Below, piece after piece: positions 1 through 11,740 of a DNA stretch of 64,000 nt. This DNA comes from the human T2T-CHM13v2.0 reference genome, Homo sapiens. The stretch's first letter is position 1. Each line of letters opens with the position of its first letter. A model generated the notes under the pieces. It was not told where the DNA came from. It worked only from the letters and a program-made list of their open reading frames with translations, and searched no databases. The stretch lies in the NCBI RefSeq assembly GCF_009914755.1, contig NC_060926.1. One strand, written 5' to 3'. A program made the translations under genes and the position numbers.

Positions 1-1104
1 CTACCTCAGAAGATACTGATGTGACTTTTATGTTGCTCATCTTCCTGTTGATAGTATATTGATTATTGCATTAACATCACATAAACAGCAAAGCATTATA
101 ATAAAATAATTTTCTCCTTAAGTGAAACAGTTGATGTAAAAGCTTCATTGTGTGTGTTTTGGTGTGTGCATGCATATTTGTGTAAGTGTGTTTGTGTGTT
201 AACTTTCTTTGTGGTTACAAAGTAGACAAAGACTCAGAATACTTGTAATCTTGTAAAACTAGATACAGCATGTTAAATGTTTATCGTTAGAACATGCCCA
301 GTGGCAGATGGTGGCATGCCATTTTAGAGCCACCTAGAGGCACAAAAATCGTCCCATGTTTCCCATTTTGGCAGAGACACATGCCACTTTGGCAAACTTT
401 AGAAAATAACTAAAAGACTTACACCTTCAAAACAGATTGTATTTATAGAGGGATGTGTGCAGTTCAACAGGGGTGGTGCTGTAGAGGAATTTCAGAATCA
501 ATACAATCAAATGTATAGTTCAGTTGGCATAAAACTTGGGATATGAAATTAGCTAAACTGCTTTACTGTGTATCTGCTCTACTTATAGCATTGTAATGAA
601 TCCCAAGCAATTATTTTTGGAGAAGTATTTAAATAAATTTCCATGAATTTATGTATTCAAAATAATTTATTTTAAATGTAAATGAAAGGTCAAATTTCAT
701 AGAGAACTCAATTCTCGGTGATGGCATTGCTTTTCAATCATTCATATGTTTTACTTTCATACACTGATACTTAGAGAATTTAATAACCACTCCATTTTAA
801 ATCTAAATGTGAATATAATTTTTAAAAGTCAGTACAGTCATCAGATTTCTATATCGCTTTCTAAATTTATACCTCCCCTTTCCACATTTTTGAAAGCAAT
901 ATCTTCATGTGACTTATCTGTATCTTTTTTCTAGCTCTCTTATTTTTAATTAGAGTAAGAAACTAAATATTTACTTAAGAGCAACACTTTGAAACTTTTG
1001 GAATTGGCACGACCTTTAATGTCACCTAAGAGAAGCAGGGAGAGGCTACATTTGGTTAACAAATATTATCTAATGAGTCAAAAAATTCAGACGTCTTATC
1101 TAAG

Positions 1105-1248
1105 GAAAATGCAAACTTTAAAGGATCAGATAGTCAATATTTTAGGTTTTGGGGATAACACAGTATCTATGGCAATTACTCAACTCACCATTATTGTAGT
1201 GCAAAAATGGACACAAATAACACATAAGTGAATGGGCCTGGCTCTGTG
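1105..1248 (+). mobile_element. MER58A-like hAT-Charlie DNA transposon fragment
   Basis: 'aaaggatcagatagtcaatattttaggttttgggg...actcaactc...ttgtagtgcaaaa...gaatgggcctggctctgtg' follows the recalled MER58A consensus; 3' end missing. Confidence 0.7.
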
Positions 1249-1774
1249 ATTTCCTGCTCCCTTTTTGCTTCTTGGATCCATAAATGGCTTTCCTTCCCCC
1301 AAGCCTGGCTTTTCCAGGTAGGCACTAGATTTTCCTGACCCCTATTTAAAACTCACTACTTCTCTGACTTCTTCCTTCTACACCTGTTAGGTACCTAATT
1401 GGCTAAATGGTGAGCTTAGATGAGGAAGGAGTAAGAGAAAAGCTTAAAAACTGTAAACTGAATTTTAATCACTTTCTATTATAAAAGTAATAAAATATGC
1501 TGCAGTAAATCTAGGCATTATGGAAACACGTAAAGGGGAAAATAAAGATAGGCATAACTATTGCTATCATTTATGGAAAATTTGCAAAATAAGTTTTCAA
1601 TTTTGATCCCATAGCACTTGATATATATATGTTATTTGTTCATTTGTCATCATATGGTCTGCCTTCTCGTGTTCTTAAATGCCTGTTCACATAATGAACA
1701 TAATGTTCATAAGCACTAAGTTTACACTTAAATGCTTAATAAGTGTTTACATATTTCTGTCTTTGTTAAATAAT

Positions 1775-1960
1775 TAAACCCACTGTATATTTTACTAAGC
1801 AGCAGTCTCTGTTCTGGACATTGAGGACACAGCAACAGATAAGACAGGTAAGATTCTTTTCCTCATGGATCTCACACTGTAATTGTGGAAAAAAAAACAG
1901 AGAAAAACCATATGATAAGATAAACTTGGCTTATCAATGTGCTGTGCTCATAGTAAAACT
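1775..1960 (-). mobile_element. L2 LINE 3' fragment
   Basis: 'gttctggacattgaggacacagcaacagataagacag...cctcatggatctcaca' resembles the reverse complement of the L2 3' end. Confidence 0.5.
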
Positions 1961-2269
1961 GGCTAACATGACAATGACTAAAAGATGTGAAAGGGTGTCT
2001 ATTTGTCTATTATTTTGCTTTTAATATCTTATAATTTTAAAAATTGCTTATATAACATGTAATAAAGACCTCATTACATAAATATATATGAATACTTCTA
2101 ATAATATCCTCTAAGTAAATTCCTGGTGATGGAATGGCTAGGTCAAAACATATGCTTATTTTTAAAGACAATAGATGTTATCAAATATCAACTGAAAGAG
2201 TCGTAATGATTTAAGCTTTCACTAACAGATTACAAGATTGTTCACAAATCATTATCTACCAGGTAGCAG

Positions 2270-2430
2270 GCTATGTGCCCTCAAATACTATATGAAGTGA
2301 ATTTGAGCAAGCCATTGAGGTTGGTCTTATTTTCATTTTATAAATGAAGAACATGAGATCAGGGAGGTTAAACAAAATATTCAAAGCAATATGGCAGTTA
2401 CGGTAGCCATGGAGGTGTAAGAGTCGGAGT
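2270..2430 (-). mobile_element. MIR fragment
   Basis: 'cattttataaatgaagaacatgagatcagggaggttaa' is a degraded antisense MIR core. Confidence 0.5.
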
Positions 2431-2951
2431 CCACCCCACTTACGTACTGTGCATTAGTATTTCTGAGGAACATCAGATTATTATGGAGACTTCACTGATC
2501 CAAAGGGTGTATTAGGGAAAAACCTGTTTAGCTTAGTGCAGAGACCAATTTCCAAAAAGTGGTGTTCAGGGATACACAAACCTTACAGAAGAAGGACTTG
2601 TTCCATATGTAGATGTGCTAAAAGCCAGCAGTAAATGAATGTTCTGTTTCTATATTGCTTAAAGTTGAGCCTGGACATTCAGAAATAAATGAAAGGAACA
2701 TTTTCACAATACAGGTAACTCTTATAAGACAATCAATTATGGGAAACAAAGTAAACTTCGAGACCTAGAAAAAATAATGAAATTTTTATTTACTTTTGGA
2801 TGATGCTTAATTGTTAGATTCCTCACTATAATTTACTCATTCCCATCAAGTGTAGGATCTAATTTACCTAAAACTACCACAATAATCTCATTCCTTGCAT
2901 GGGGTAACTGGTTCAGGCATCTGGGTTAATTTAATCAGACTAAGGTCTCAG

Positions 2952-2954
<3 letters not shown>

Positions 2955-2987
<33 letters not shown>
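2955..2987. repeat. poly(T)33 tract
   Basis: uninterrupted T run read directly. Confidence 0.95.
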
Positions 2988-2990
<3 letters not shown>

Positions 2991-3505
2991 TCTGGAGGAG
3001 GGACATTTTGTTTAAATGAATGAATAGACCCTGGGGCAGATGGCAGTAATTTTGTGCTCACCAGTGGAGCCATACTAAAAATGACACTGAACCACAGCAG
3101 TAGCAAGACAGGGAAAAACATAATAACTACTGAATGTTTAAAATAATCTATTAGCTAGCAGAGCAAAGTAAACCTAAACTTAGGTTTCCTGTTGAATGCA
3201 ACATAAGAAATTCTAACTGGTAGACCTATTGTGTACATAGCAATGTCATATACATAGTAGACACTGAAGTCATTTATAACAATCTAATTAAAAATTCTTA
3301 TAATAAATGGATGACTGATTTGATTGCTAGTGCAGACTTGCCATCTCTGATGTGAGGTTTTTAATTTTAACTACACCTTTTCCATCTAGGGATTAATGTA
3401 TTTCTCCTACTAATTCTACTTATGTAGATATCAAGAAATAAAAGGAAGGTGCTATTTCATAAGAATAATTTTCTTTGGTAAGACTAAATATTTAAAATAT
3501 TTGTC

Positions 3506-3587
3506 TGCAGTGAGCGTAGATCACGCCACTGCACTCCAGCCTGGGTGACAGAGCGAGACTCCATCTCAAAAAAAAAAAAAAAAAAAA
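3506..3587 (+). mobile_element. Severely 5'-truncated Alu (about 60 nt of the right arm plus poly-A), AluY/S-like
   Basis: 'tgcagtgagcgtagatcacgccactgcactccagcctgggtgacagagcgagactccatctc' plus A20; flanked by ttgtctgca at 3501-3509 and 3588-3596. Confidence 0.9.
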
Positions 3588-3641
3588 TTGTCTGCATTTT
3601 CTCTTTGAAACCAAAATTGTCTGCATTTTCTCTTTGAAACC
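3584..3641. repeat. Perfect 29-bp tandem duplication
   Basis: aaaattgtctgcattttctctttgaaacc at 3584-3612 and 3613-3641. Confidence 0.95.
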
Positions 3642-4819
3642 AAATTTTGCTTGGGTTGCCTTGTAAATTTCTTTTCTAGCCAGCCACACTTAGAAACTAT
3701 GTATTGGTGTAAAGGGAAGGAAGGCATTAGTATTAGTTAATGTACTGCCAAACTGACAGCCATTAAGATCATTTACTCTGCTACACAGTGTTTATGTCAA
3801 ATCCATGGGTGAGACTATGTCTTTTACAACCAAGGTGAGAACTATCAGATATAGAGTTTGTTATTATGAGTATCCCCAAAATATTAGGTATATTTTGTAA
3901 TGTTCATGCTGAAATATACATTTTTTTCTAGTATTATTAAAATTTGATGCATTTTGGTAAGATATGGATCCTACTGGCTACTTATTATACTGCATGACAA
4001 TTGCTGGGAAAAAAACAACACTGGAATTGCCATGTAAATGGATAAGAAATCATATCACTGCAAATATAATTATATAGTTTATCTATGATACAGTGCATAG
4101 AGCTGTGTATTATACCTTGGGATTGCTAAGTGAGAAGTGAAACACACCAGTTTTTCTATACGATTTTAATCATAAATACACCTAAGTAGATAATCGAAAG
4201 GACTTACGTGTTGCTTTTCAATTTTTTTTAAAAAAGTAAGGAAAGTAGGAAACTTTCAGTGCTACTTTGTATCACTATCTGTAATATAACATATATGAAA
4301 TGTAGAAAAGTATTAATAAGATAAATAAGCATATATTCAGGAATTTTGCTTTTAGATTTTATTCAAACAGGTGATATTACAATCAAATGTTCCAATAAAT
4401 TTGGTCAACTTTTATAAAAATTCACCACACACACACATATACAGGTACATATACACATGCAGTTCTGTATTTATACAGAACTAGGAACTGCTACTGCTGA
4501 ATTTTTGACTCAAAATACAGTTTTAAGGTTTTTTTAATACCACTTAAGTATTCAAATTGTGTTTATATATTTATGCTTACTGTTCGTTACAGATAGATTG
4601 GTTGGCTTAAAACCCTAAGCTATGATACAAATTAAATATGGCAACAAGAGTGACCTCAAACCGGTTTTGTATTACATTTAATGCAATCTCTCTTTAACCA
4701 CTTCTATAATACTGTCAAAACAGTTCATTCCATTTGGAGAATTCCAGTTATATTTCTGCAATAAAATTATCTTTCTTGAAAATTCCCGAAGTCATATAAG
4801 TAAAAGACTCTTTAGCACT

Positions 4820-5369
4820 GGTATATCAATAGGCTGATAGCCTCCATATACTGACCCCTACCTAGTTTATTTCTTCACAGCAGGCTATGACCTGTTAAGC
4901 TCAAAACCCAGCCAGTTCCAAACTCAAATTCACATCCATTTTTGAAAAAATATATCCCGAATAAGCAGAATTTTAGTCAGTAGCATCCTTCTGTCTTTTC
5001 AAGAAACTACACTCAACATCTGCTACCATAGATAATAAGTCCAGGCACTATAAAGTCCCTCAGCTGCTGCTGCCCTTTGGATCCAGCTCTCTGACCCAAT
5101 GACTCTCCATTGTGCTACAGAGTGACATCACTTAGATACATAAGTACACTTTCTGTTGCCAATTCCTCTCTCTGGGCATTTTCTTTACTTCCTCTTTTAT
5201 GGATAGTAGCCCTGGTGCCTTAAGTCTCTGGGCAGTCTCATGCTGTGAGGGACTGGTCTCAATGCACACCTGTGGAAGAGTCTCTCAAATAAAATTTGTA
5301 TGTGCTACTGCCACCTCGTGGTCATCAATTTTTCCTTGATTGGCTCCCAAGTCTCATGAACCCCCTACA
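4820..5369 (+). mobile_element. Old solo LTR (ERVL/ERV class, family uncertain)
   Basis: GC-richer block with TATA-like 'ctataaa', AATAAA at about 5288 and an LTR-like end 'gaaccccctaca'; 5' boundary approximate. Confidence 0.45.
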
Positions 5370-6032
5370 AGCATGCACCACACACAAATTTATTAGCAAT
5401 TGTTAGTATTCTAATGACTGTTACCTGTACCCTGATTTAGTCTCTGAAATGTCTTTTCTTCTCTATGTAATGGACCGCCATATATTTTGGGACATAGCTA
5501 TCATATTTCCTCTCTTATTTCCACAACAAGTAAGATAATGACTTCAACTCTGTCACATATGGCAGAGTTTTATGCACATCTTTTTGGCTATCATCTGTGC
5601 ATAAATCTTGCTTTGTCAAAAATCCTTTTCAGAGTGCTGCCAAAGACTGAACACTTTCCCATGGTGTTGGTTTTCTGGTATGGTGAAAGCTGGGACTTTT
5701 TATGTATAATTCCACTAATCATTATGTATAATCCCAACACCAAAGTAGATACTAATATCTATGAAATATGCCATTTTATATATTTGGTCAGTATTCTTTG
5801 TTGGCATTTAGGAAATTTAGAGTTTAGATTATCAATAATGATCAACACTATCGCAGCAAAAGGGGTCGAGACCCCTTGATGAAATAAGAACGGAAAAAGG
5901 CTCGGGGCAAATCATCAAATAACCCACAGGTATGAGTGAAAAGAAGATGGAGCTAGGAAACATCAATAGAAAAACTATGAGAAACTCAGGCGATGTGGGG
6001 AGAGGACAATGGAGAGTCGTTATTTACTACAT

Positions 6033-6518
6033 TTTAGGAGTTCAGAACATGCCACTCTGGTATATTGACTATTTTGAGTGAAAAACACCCTGATTTCGTC
6101 TTGTTTCTTAAAAGTGGAAGATGAAATTCCCATGTGAAAGATGTCCTCCCTATACTAGAAGGAAAGTTCATCTTTTTATCATCAGGGATGGAAAGTTGAG
6201 CCCAAGAACAATCTGTACAAATAAACATTGTTAGACTAACCCTTATCTTTCTGGCCCCTTCTCCACCAAATTAAGCCTCCATGTCCAAGCTCCTTTGCCT
6301 TTTCATAATTCACTACTCTTCAGCCAATTCAGCTGATACATGTTTAACTCTATGTCTTTGGGTTTTAACTTGCTTATGAAGGCTCCTGTGTCATGGAGAA
6401 CTTGTATTAAATAAATTTGTATGTTTTTCTCCTCTTGATCTATCTTAATGTCAATTTAATGTTCAGGCCCAGTTGAAAAACCTGAAGAGGGTAGAGGTAA
6501 TGTTTTGCCTCCCCTCTA
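6033..6518 (+). mobile_element. MER34/MER39-family ERV1 solo LTR
   Basis: starts 'taggagttcagaacatgccactctggtatattgactattttgag' and ends 'aagagggtagagg...cctcccctcta', as in recalled MER34 termini. Confidence 0.7.
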
Positions 6519-6675
6519 GGGTATAAACTTTCAGTTTTGAAGGATGAAACACGTTCTGAAGATGGTGGTGATGGTTGCACAACAGTAGGAATATGTTTAA
6601 TACCACTGAACCATATATTACAATGAATAACTTGATACATTTTATGTTTCGTTTATTTTGCCACAATAAAAAATG
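6519..6675 (+). mobile_element. L1MB/MC-type 3' end fragment
   Basis: 'gttctgaagatggtggtgatggttgcacaacag...accactgaa...ttttgccacaataaaaaa' is typical of old L1M 3' UTRs. Confidence 0.7.
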
Positions 6676-7172
6676 AGTGAAAAGGAACTGTGAGGAACTA
6701 ACAGAAATTGATTGGACCCTGGTTGAATTTTTGGAGAGACAGTGAGTTGCAGTCAAGCAGAAAAATTCACGTATGTAGAAAAGGCATTAAATAACATAAA
6801 TGAATGTATATATTTTCTTTTCTTACTCTAAAAATCTATAGGGAGATCCTTCCCACTCTCCATTACACTATGCGGCTGAAAAAATGGTGAGTTTGGGCCA
6901 GCACAGTCAGTTGGCTAATATAGGGGGATTTTGGAATACCCCATGACAGAGAACAGACAACAGTTGGTTTTGAAACTGGTCCCTGGAGTTTCTTCCTACC
7001 TCATCCTAGCAGAAGAAACTTTCTCAATCACAAGTAAGGAATACCCCACTTGGAAAGAGGAATGGCAGAAGGTGAGGTAAAGGAAGTTTTCGGTGTAGGT
7101 AGGATTGTCCATTGAGAATGAACTACTAATGATGAGTGATAATGAAACCAATGGTATTCTGCTTAGAGTTAA

Positions 7173-7476
<304 letters not shown>

Positions 7477-7877
7477 AACCCTCCTTCCTTTAACCTTACC
7501 AAGGAGGGCACAGCCTCGGCTTTAGCCCATCATACCTAGGTCCGTATTAAATTCCTAGGAATATGAGGTAACAAAGTAATATCTGAGTAAGGTAATGTTT
7601 ATAAAAGGAATATACAAAATTGAAATTCCTGTACTATGCAAACCTAAATTAATAGATAAAAGGATATAAATGTTAAATAAGCATTACATATGTTTTAAAA
7701 GATAAAGTGATTGGCAACAAAAAGCTGTGGCATATAGTCATAAAGAGAACTAATTGGAAATATTGAGTATGAAAAATGCAATAGCAAAAGAAAAGGTGTT
7801 TTTAAGTAGGTTGACTAATAATATAACACAGCCAAAGAATAAATTCCTGACTTGAAGTGCCAGATATAAAGACATCA

Positions 7878-9779
7878 GGTGGATGCCCACTCTCACCATT
7901 CCAAATCAACATAGTACTGGAAGTCCTCGTCAGATAAATCAGGAAAGAGAAAGAAACAAAAGGCATCCAAATAGGAAAAGAAGTAGTAAAACTATTTCTC
8001 TTTGCAGATGATATGATTCCATACCTAGAAAACCCTAAAGATTATGCCAAAAGGCTCCTGGAACTGACAAATGACTTCAGTAAAGTTTCAGGATGCAAAA
8101 CTCAATGTAAAAAATCAGCAGCATTTCTATACACCAGTAACATTCAAACCGAGAGCCAAATCTGGTACACAAATACATTCTCCCCCATCTCCCACCGCAC
8201 ACACCTAGGAATACATCTAACCAAGTAAGTGAAGACGTCTACAAGAAGAACTACAAAACACTGGTGAAAGAAATCATAGATGACACGCAAACAAATGGAA
8301 AAACATTTTATTCTCATGAATTGGAAGAATCAATATCATAAAAATGGCCATACTACCCAAAGTATCTATAGATTCAGTATTATTTCTGTCAAACTACCAA
8401 TATCATTTTTCATAGAATTAGATAAACTAATCTAAAATTCATATGGGACAAAAAAAGAGACCAAATAGCCAAAGCAATCCCAAGCAAAAAGAACAAAATC
8501 ACAGGCATCACATTGCCTGACTTCAAACTATACTATAGAGCTACAGTAATCAAAACAGCATGGACTGGTACAAAAACAGACACTTAGACCAATGGAACAG
8601 AATACAGAACCTGGAAATAAAGCAGTGCACCTATAGCCATCTGATTTTCAACAGTCAACACAAATACGCAAAGGGGAGAGGACTCCATATTCAATCAATT
8701 GTTTTGGGATAGCTGGCTAGCCACATGCAGGAGAATGAAACTGAACCTTTCACCATATACAACAAACCAGCATACAAAACACACCATACAAATACACCAT
8801 ACAAATGTGTCATACAAAAATTCACCATACAAAAATTGTATATGGTGAACCTTTCACCATATACAAAAATTAACTCAAGATGGATTAAAAAATTAAATGT
8901 AAGACCTCAAAGTAGAAGAAAACCTGGGAAATACCATTCTGGACTTTGGCCTTGGGAACAAATTTATGACTATTCCATCAAAAGAAATTGCAACAAAAAC
9001 AAAAATTTACAAGTGAAATCTAATTAAGCTAAAGAGCTACTGCACAGCAAAAGAAACTATCAACAGAAGAAACAGACCAACTAAAGAATGAAAGAAGACA
9101 TTCACAAAGAATGCATTTGACAAAGGTCTAATATCCAGAATGTGTAAAGAACTTAAACAATTCAACCAATAAAAAACAAATAACCATTCAAAAGTGGGCA
9201 CAAGACATCAACAGGCACTTCTCAAGAGACAGACAAGTGGCCAACAAACATATAAAAAATGCTCAACATCACTAATTATCAGAGAAATACAAATCCAAAC
9301 GTCAATGAGATATCATCTCACACCAATCAGAGTGTCTATTATTACAAATTCTAAAAATAACAGATCCTGGCAAGGCTGTGGAGAAAAGAGAATGCGTATA
9401 CATTGTTGGTGGAAATGCAAATTAGTTCAGCCACTATGGAAATCTTGGATACGTGGCAAGAACTTAAAACAGAAATACCATTTGATCCAGCAAACCCATT
9501 GTTGGGCATATTTCAACAAAAATTGAATCATTTTACAAAAAAACACAAGCACTCATATGTTCACTGCAGCACTATTAACAACAGCAAAGACATAGAATCA
9601 ATCTGGGTGCTGATGGCTGGTGGATTGGATAAAGAAAATGTGATACATATACACCACCGGATACTACCCAGCCATAAAAAATGAAATCATGTATTTTGCA
9701 GCACCATGGATGCACCAGAAGGCCATTATCCTAAGAGAATTAACACAGGAATAGAAAACCAAATACCACACGTTTTCAC

Positions 9780-9822
<43 letters not shown>

Positions 9823-10380
9823 TTTGAGACGGAGTCTCGCTCTGTCCCCCAGGCTGGAGTGCAGCCGCACAATCTCGGCTCACTGCAAGCTCCGCCTCCT
9901 GGGTTCACGCCATCCTCCTGCCTCAGCCTCCCTAGTAGCTGGGACTGCAGGCACCCGCCACCATGCCTGGCTAATTTTTTGAACTTTTTTTTTTTTTTTT
10001 TTAAGTGGAGATGGGGTTTCACTGTGTTGGCCAGGATGGTCTTGAACTCCTGACCTCGTGATCCGCCCTCCTCAGCCTCCCAAAGTGCTAGGATTACAGG
10101 CGTGAGCCACCGCGCCCGGCCCCACACCTTCTCACTTGTAAGTGGGAATTAAATATTGGGTAATCATAGACATAAAGATGGCAACGATAGACACTGGGAA
10201 CTACTAGAGTGGGAAGGGAGAGAGGACGGAAAGGGTTGAAAAACCAACTGTTGGGTATTATGCTCACTGTCTGCGTGATGGGACATTCATATCCCAAACC
10301 TCAGCACCACACAATATACCCAGGTAACAAACCTACACATGTAATCCTGAATCTTAAATAAAAGTTGAAATTGTAAAAAA
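7878..10380 (+). mobile_element. 5'-truncated L1, L1PA15/16-like, with a decayed ORF2 and an internal Alu
   Basis: ORF fragments 8013, 8725, 9194 and 9403 give ORF2 motifs ([33 protein letters not shown]); 3' UTR 'ttgggtattatgctcact...cccaaacctcagcaccacacaatatacccagg'. Confidence 0.85.
9782..10121 (-). mobile_element. Alu, AluY-like, with a (TTTA)n tail, inserted in the L1
   Basis: Y-type 'caagctccgcc' and 'ggttcacgccat'; near-identical TSD ccacacgttttcactt (9766-9781) and ccacaccttctcactt (10122-10137). Confidence 0.92.
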
Positions 10381-11314
10381 CAGAAAACGAGGCATCATAA
10401 GGGAATAAATTTGGACAAAATGGGTATCTTTGTATGAATTTGATACATTTAAAAATTTTAAACCTTCATCTTTGCCTTTCCTAATATGAACATATGAATC
10501 ACAGATAGCAATTTGTATATACAATTTATATAACACTTATACCTAACTTTATGATGAAGAGAGATAAATTGAGAAATGTACTCGAAAGAGATAAATTAAA
10601 ATAAGACATATTATATAATGATAATTTGCTATGGACTGAAGAGCTAGCTTAATTCAGTTGTCAGCACAAGAGAAATAGGGTAAAGTGATGAAATTCACCT
10701 ATCAGAGGCCATCACATATTATTTTATTTCTAAATCCAAGGAACGCTATTAACAACTGAGAAATGCCCCCAAACATGGATGTGGTGTATGGTGTGTGGTG
10801 TGTAGATACTACAAGTATCCTTTGATTTTGCTTTATCAATATGTATACCCACATTGAGCTACTGTAATGAGCATTTTATATTTGCTAATAAAATTTGGAC
10901 ATTAGTTTTTTCTGGAACATCACTCAAAGTGCAAAAGTAAATATCATGTATTTGAATACAAACTGGTAAAAAGTGAGACATACATCTCTCTATTAAGATT
11001 CTAAGTCTTTAGTTCCAGTTAAACATTTCTGTTAGTTCTAAAGGATTCTTCTCCTTAGCAATAGTCACAAAGGACAGCAAATTAGTCAAAGATCCAATTC
11101 GTTGGATGTTAGTACATTAACCACTATCTACTGCTGCAGCTTTTGAGTTTGAAAAGTTTGTAGCCATCCACATTCACTCGTCTCTACTGTCACAATTATG
11201 TAATTTACTTGCTTAACCCTTTTCTTTAAATGGTGTTCAGATAAAATTTAGCACAGCTTGCATCTTAAATAACAGTACACAATTTAGTGTACCTGAAAGT
11301 ATGTGTCTTTAGTA

Positions 11315-11740
11315 GAATAATGTTTATTGCAATATTGTTTGAAGGCAAGACAACAAGAAACAGCTAACATGTCCATCAATGGGAGAATTGTTGAGTAAAA
11401 TCCTAATTCTACCTAGGCAATATAAATCATAAACATTATATATTATGCATAAATTAATATGAAGGGATATCCATGTTATTTTATAAATGAAAATGGCAAT
11501 AATTGAATTACATACAGTATGATTCCATTTTTATTTTCTTTAAAAAGGGAAAAGAAAGAGAAGAACCCTATATACTTTTTTAAAAAATACAAGACCAGAG
11601 TGAAAGATATGGTAGGATACACACCAAAATGCTTTTGGAAACTTCAGTGGAGGGAGGATAAATTATAATTATTTTCTTATATATATATACTTCTGCATTG
11701 CTCGATACGTTACAATGAACATGTGCTACCTAAAAAAAGA
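11315..11740 (+). mobile_element. L1ME-type 3' fragment
   Basis: 'atgtttattgcaatattgttt...atgtccatcaatgggagaattg...acagtatgattccatttt'. Confidence 0.55.

Noticed and set aside
2870-3230. Possible MLT1K/L-like LTR relic around the poly(T)
   Set aside because: Only vague similarity and no clear termini.
5487-5879. 130-aa hydrophobic ORF
   Set aside because: Starts at TTG, has no motif, and its composition is explained by T-rich sequence.
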